Source: Epithemia pelagica (Eukaryota; Protista; Bacillariophyta). Taken from it: DNA of 64,000 bases. Position numbers and translations under genes: made by a program. Shown one piece after another: positions 59,983-64,000 of the stretch. The stretch is taken from the NCBI GenBank assembly GCA_946965045.2, contig OX337232.1, forward strand, positions 3,844,001 through 3,908,000, written 5' to 3'. Below the pieces are notes generated by a model. The model saw only the letters and a program-made list of their open reading frames with translations. It was not told where the DNA came from and made no database searches. Each line of letters opens with the position of its first letter. Position 1 is the first letter of the stretch.

Positions 59983-62900
59983 AGGGGCTCACGAAATAGA
60001 AGGCAGAAATATGATTGGGTTAGAAAACTCACAAGACATAGACAAGACATCAAAATACTTAACGAAAACTCACACAAGACATGTCTTCTCTTACCAGTAG
60101 ACATCGCGCGCCACGCGCAAAAAGCCACGGAATCTTGCCGACTTCCCCACGAAAACAGCCGAAACGACAGGGATTTCGTCTCCAACACGATTCCGTGCCA
60201 ATGAGGCCGGTCGCGGTTGCCGTGCCCCAGGACATGGACAATGGTGTCGATGTTTCTGGAGCGACAATGGACCCAACCACGATGACTGTCCCTGAGGAGA
60301 ATGACTCTCCTCCACCACCACCAGCACCCTTGGTGGTGAACCCATACAAAAAGCTCAGCAAGGAGCAAGAGATGGGTGGGCAGAGTCAACGACGAAACAA
60401 CCAAACAAAAAGGGCAAAGTCGTTAGCACAACAGAGAAGCAACAAGAAGAGGAAGCAACAAGAGGCAAAGCAGTTGAGGCAGCTCACGCTTGAGAAGAAA
60501 AAGGCCTTTGAGCCAGACAGGGACTGCACCATCTGCAGTTCCAAAAGGCTTGGGACCAAGCCTCCCAAGCGCCCCCATCACGTCTTCTGCCCGAAGAACA
60601 CAAAGACCAGGGGCATACCAGACCACTTGGTAGAGGCCATGAAGGAGGAGGAACGACTGAAGAAAGAGGCCAACAAGGAAGTGACTTACCATCCAATCAT
60701 CATGAGGCAAGAAGATTTCAACCTCTTCTTTCGTCTCAACAATAAACCTGTCTCGGAAGCTTCAAATGAAGCAACGACCGTGACAGAGGACGATTTGAAA
60801 CTTTCCAGGGTTCGGAAGGGGAAGCGCAACTGTATTGCGCGCACGGACTGCCTGATCAATAATCAGGTGACGTCCGCCGTTGGGTCCGATGAGTATGTAT
60901 TTATGCAATCGGTACTGGCTAAATACAAGGAGATAGAACAAGACGAGTCGATCACGTGTCCGAAAACAATGTACGCGCTTGCCAAGACTATCGCCGAAAC
61001 TTGTTTGGAACGGAAGCGCGACGTGCGGTCACTTAAGCCGTTCATGCGAGACATGTGTTTGACTGTACCCGACGTGCGAAACAACAATAATGCCCTGTGG
61101 GACTCAATTGTAGGGCGACGTTTGTACATTGTTGACTGGGAGCTGTTTATGCCGGTGGAGTTTCAGAAAATTGGGCTTAAGTGTCCAAAGTGTAGCAACT
61201 GTACACTACAACGCGAGCGGACCAACCTTTCCAAGAGCAAAAGTCTATTCCCCATTTTTGGTCTTGATGGCGCACCGTCTTACGCCCTTGTCACGCACTA
61301 CCATTGCAAGGAGTGCAATACCACGCATGCCGGCAACGACGGAGCACTTCTCAATTCGCTGCCTCCACATTTTGCGAAATGGTATCCGGTCGAAGCAAAG
61401 TGGGCTCGAGGTGCCCAGCACTTCGACATTACAACAACAACAGTGTTGGAGGAGGAGATGCTTACCTATGGCAATGGTGACCACTGTAGTGGACTATTGT
61501 ATGCTGCAATCAACAGGGATTATAGGAATAGAATAACTAACTATTACTCCTTCTGCGATGCAACACATCAGCAAGGGCAAGAGTACCCAGCGAAAGATGG
61601 AGAGTGGCTCACCAGGTATCCTCCTCTTGGTGAGACAATCAGACAGGCCTACCACGAGGCATCAAGATCCAGACTCAATCCCTGGAGAACAAGTGACTAT
61701 GAGAGGCACACCAGGGAAATCCAAGCAGTGGGCTGCCAAACAAGTTTTGCCCAAGACCACACCTTCCAAGCAGTCAAGAACTATCCCAAGAGGCTCAAGG
61801 CAGAAGCTGTATGGGATGCTGCCAATGAAGTAGGCGAGATTGCATGTGCAATCTTGGTTCCAAACTTGGAAACCAAGACCTTCTCCCATGCTGCCCAACA
61901 ACTCTGCAGCCGTGGAAATTTTAACCCGAGCGTCATCTATTCCGACACATTCCCCCACAAGAGCGATTATTGGGTTGGATTGTTGGGTGAAGATGTAGTC
62001 CCAAGACTGGGACTCTTTCATTTCCTCCAGCGAATTATAAAGACCCTGCGCCATAAACACATGGACTTTGGTGACGCGTTGCGCGAATTGTTGGATTGCA
62101 TCTACGAGTATCACGATGGTGACTTCCATAAAGTCATCACGGCCCTGAAGAATGGCACCCTTGGAGGCAAGAAATGTAATGACAAGCAAATAGCAGAAAT
62201 GAGACAGACCAAGGTTTTTCGCGAAAGATACGGCAAGTACTTACGGAAAAGCATCCGCGCGTTCCAAACAATCGTGATGCGCCTGGAGGAGTGGAAGATA
62301 AAATATAAAGTGAGAAGTAGTAGTGACAGTGGGCCACCGGCACGAGGAAGGCTCGATCACAAGACACAACAACCATTGTTCACACAAGATACTCACTCAG
62401 CAATCGAAAACTGTAAAAAAAAGGCAGAGTTTCTCGCAGATCCGATTCCAATGGAAGACATGTATCGTGAGATCAAACCACACCCAAAATCAAGCCATCA
62501 ATTGTCCGAATGGGTCTCTTACCGAGGGGAATCCAAATTGGAGTCATGGCACAACAACTTGGCCCATTTCAGTAATGGGGGCACAAATGAAAAACTCTCG
62601 GACGACTTGAACTTGTGCGGAACGGCGCGGTACAACCGTCAGATTCGACACAAGCTGCGCTTTGTGTCGAAGACAACGGAACAACGCAACAAGAAAATGC
62701 CTGCGGCGTGGGAAACAGTGGTGAGTCATTGGAACCACCAGCAACTTGCCTTTATCAACAAGTTGGCCGTTCGATGCGGCGCATCCAAGTTGTTCGATGA
62801 CGTCGAGCACTTACCGCAAGACAATGGTGAACGCTTTTTTTCTGAGTACTTACAAGTTTATGAGCAACTCAACAAGGTCTGGAACATCTCGGTCCAACAG

Positions 62901-64000
62901 CATGACTTCTGTCCCTGTGAGAAATGTGAGGCTCAGCGCAATATGCAAGATGAAGAAACAATGCAAACAAGTGAGACACTGGAACAACAAGATACAGAAC
63001 AATCACGAGAAAATGAAAAAGAGCAACAAGTTGAGGAAACAGAAGAGCATCAAGACGAAGCAAACCAAGAAGATGACGATGATCCAATGTTGAGTGATGA
63101 GGAGGAAGAGCTGCCGCCACCACCAGCTCCAACAGTGCATCTGTCTTCTCCAACACGACCACAACGAGCACCACCACAAACACAACAGCAACCTGCTCCC
63201 AAATCGCAACCAAGAACAGCAATACAACCGGCCCCCAGACCAATCACCATGCCACAACCACAAATGCCATCACTTCCACCATTGCTTCCGCCAAATACGC
63301 CGCTTGCTAGTGTTCATCACTTTCAGCAACAGCTGCTGCAGCAAGCGGCGTATTACTCGTCGTACCTTGGTTGCCAACCGATCCATCAACAACCAACACA
63401 TCCACAACCGACTCAAAATTGTTGCATCCGCAATATTCAGTATTGGCAGAGGCCCAATCGTCGGGGCATCCCACCCCATGACAAATCTTGTTCCAACCAT
63501 CCCAGTAATGCATCGTACCCTTAAAACACAACAACAACATCGGTTAGAGAGCAGCAAAAATCAACACAGCATCAACAGCCAACAGTCGCGACTTACCATG
63601 GAGGCCAGACACTTTAAGACAAAGATTCAAGAGATATAACAACAACAACGACGACAACAACAACAGTAGTGAGAAAACCATCGATCAGAAAATAATGAAC
63701 TAACAAAAACTGTGCAAAACTTCTCGTCCATGCCGTAGCTATGATTGCGTGATATACTGGAAACAATGTATGCCAATATCTTCGCACAGGCAATACAATC
63801 AGAGATCAAAGGCATATGTGAGGCTGACGATGTTTTGTATAGGTAAAAGACACACGGTGTCAGCACTTACCGTAGCCAGATACGTAGAACGACCGTAGGG
63901 AACTGCCAAATCCCCCTCCACCGGGACATTGGAGCAACACGTAGTCACCACACATCCCACACAGACCAGAAGCAGTGACAAATGGATCAACCAATGAGAT
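59983..64000 (+). mobile_element. DNA-transposon-like element 2 (right end beyond the window)
   Basis: Left terminus aggggctc at 59983 matches element 1 at 55769. Tail homology to element 1 runs to the last base of the window. Confidence 0.8.
60081..63524 (+). CDS. Putative DDE transposase, intact copy 2 (1147 aa)
   Basis: Same motifs as copy 1 (FAQDHTF, IYSDTF, RLGLFH, RGESKLESWH). No stops or frameshifts. Confidence 0.75.
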   Translation: MSSLTSRHRAPRAKSHGILPTSPRKQPKRQGFRLQHDSVPMRPVAVAVPQDMDNGVDVSGATMDPTTMTVPEENDSPPPPPAPLVVNPYKKLSKEQEMGGQSQRRNNQTKRAKSLAQQRSNKKRKQQEAKQLRQLTLEKKKAFEPDRDCTICSSKRLGTKPPKRPHHVFCPKNTKTRGIPDHLVEAMKEEERLKKEANKEVTYHPIIMRQEDFNLFFRLNNKPVSEASNEATTVTEDDLKLSRVRKGKRNCIARTDCLINNQVTSAVGSDEYVFMQSVLAKYKEIEQDESITCPKTMYALAKTIAETCLERKRDVRSLKPFMRDMCLTVPDVRNNNNALWDSIVGRRLYIVDWELFMPVEFQKIGLKCPKCSNCTLQRERTNLSKSKSLFPIFGLDGAPSYALVTHYHCKECNTTHAGNDGALLNSLPPHFAKWYPVEAKWARGAQHFDITTTTVLEEEMLTYGNGDHCSGLLYAAINRDYRNRITNYYSFCDATHQQGQEYPAKDGEWLTRYPPLGETIRQAYHEASRSRLNPWRTSDYERHTREIQAVGCQTSFAQDHTFQAVKNYPKRLKAEAVWDAANEVGEIACAILVPNLETKTFSHAAQQLCSRGNFNPSVIYSDTFPHKSDYWVGLLGEDVVPRLGLFHFLQRIIKTLRHKHMDFGDALRELLDCIYEYHDGDFHKVITALKNGTLGGKKCNDKQIAEMRQTKVFRERYGKYLRKSIRAFQTIVMRLEEWKIKYKVRSSSDSGPPARGRLDHKTQQPLFTQDTHSAIENCKKKAEFLADPIPMEDMYREIKPHPKSSHQLSEWVSYRGESKLESWHNNLAHFSNGGTNEKLSDDLNLCGTARYNRQIRHKLRFVSKTTEQRNKKMPAAWETVVSHWNHQQLAFINKLAVRCGASKLFDDVEHLPQDNGERFFSEYLQVYEQLNKVWNISVQQHDFCPCEKCEAQRNMQDEETMQTSETLEQQDTEQSRENEKEQQVEETEEHQDEANQEDDDDPMLSDEEEELPPPPAPTVHLSSPTRPQRAPPQTQQQPAPKSQPRTAIQPAPRPITMPQPQMPSLPPLLPPNTPLASVHHFQQQLLQQAAYYSSYLGCQPIHQQPTHPQPTQNCCIRNIQYWQRPNRRGIPPHDKSCSNHPSNASYP

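Noticed and set aside
55797-60345. Sequencing/assembly fold-back artefact for the head-to-head transposases
   Set aside because: The two copies are substantially diverged, so they are not a mirrored read. The junctions still need read support.

Overview
Eukaryotic nuclear DNA, most likely a pennate diatom. This is inferred from short GT-AG introns, CAA/GTT microsatellite-rich coding sequence and diatom-type hypothetical proteins. The window is rich in transposable elements (TEs) and partly decaying. It opens on the 3' end of a very young tyrosine-recombinase (DIRS/Ngaro-type) retrotransposon with split direct repeats, which abuts a terminal-inverted-repeat (TIR) MITE. It closes on two paralogous ~1100-aa DDE-transposase-like genes lying head-to-head. 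That layout is best explained by an inversion that split element 1 inside its ORF exactly at the left terminus of element 2. Intact-looking host genes in between: Crinkler-like NTPase+REase, bHLH factor, NAT/SLC23 transporter with a degenerate signature, CE4 deacetylase, a multi-TM Cys-rich protein, cytosolic LeuRS, two paralogous unknown proteins and a beta-propeller membrane protein. Disrupted genes: GT32 glycosyltransferase, secreted-type calmodulin, aspartic protease, kelch protein and ataxin-3/UBX. Several MITEs are present, including a TTAA piggyBac-like insertion in a hairpin minisatellite. No rRNA, tRNA or CRISPR was found. All family assignments come from motif recognition by eye, not database searches.
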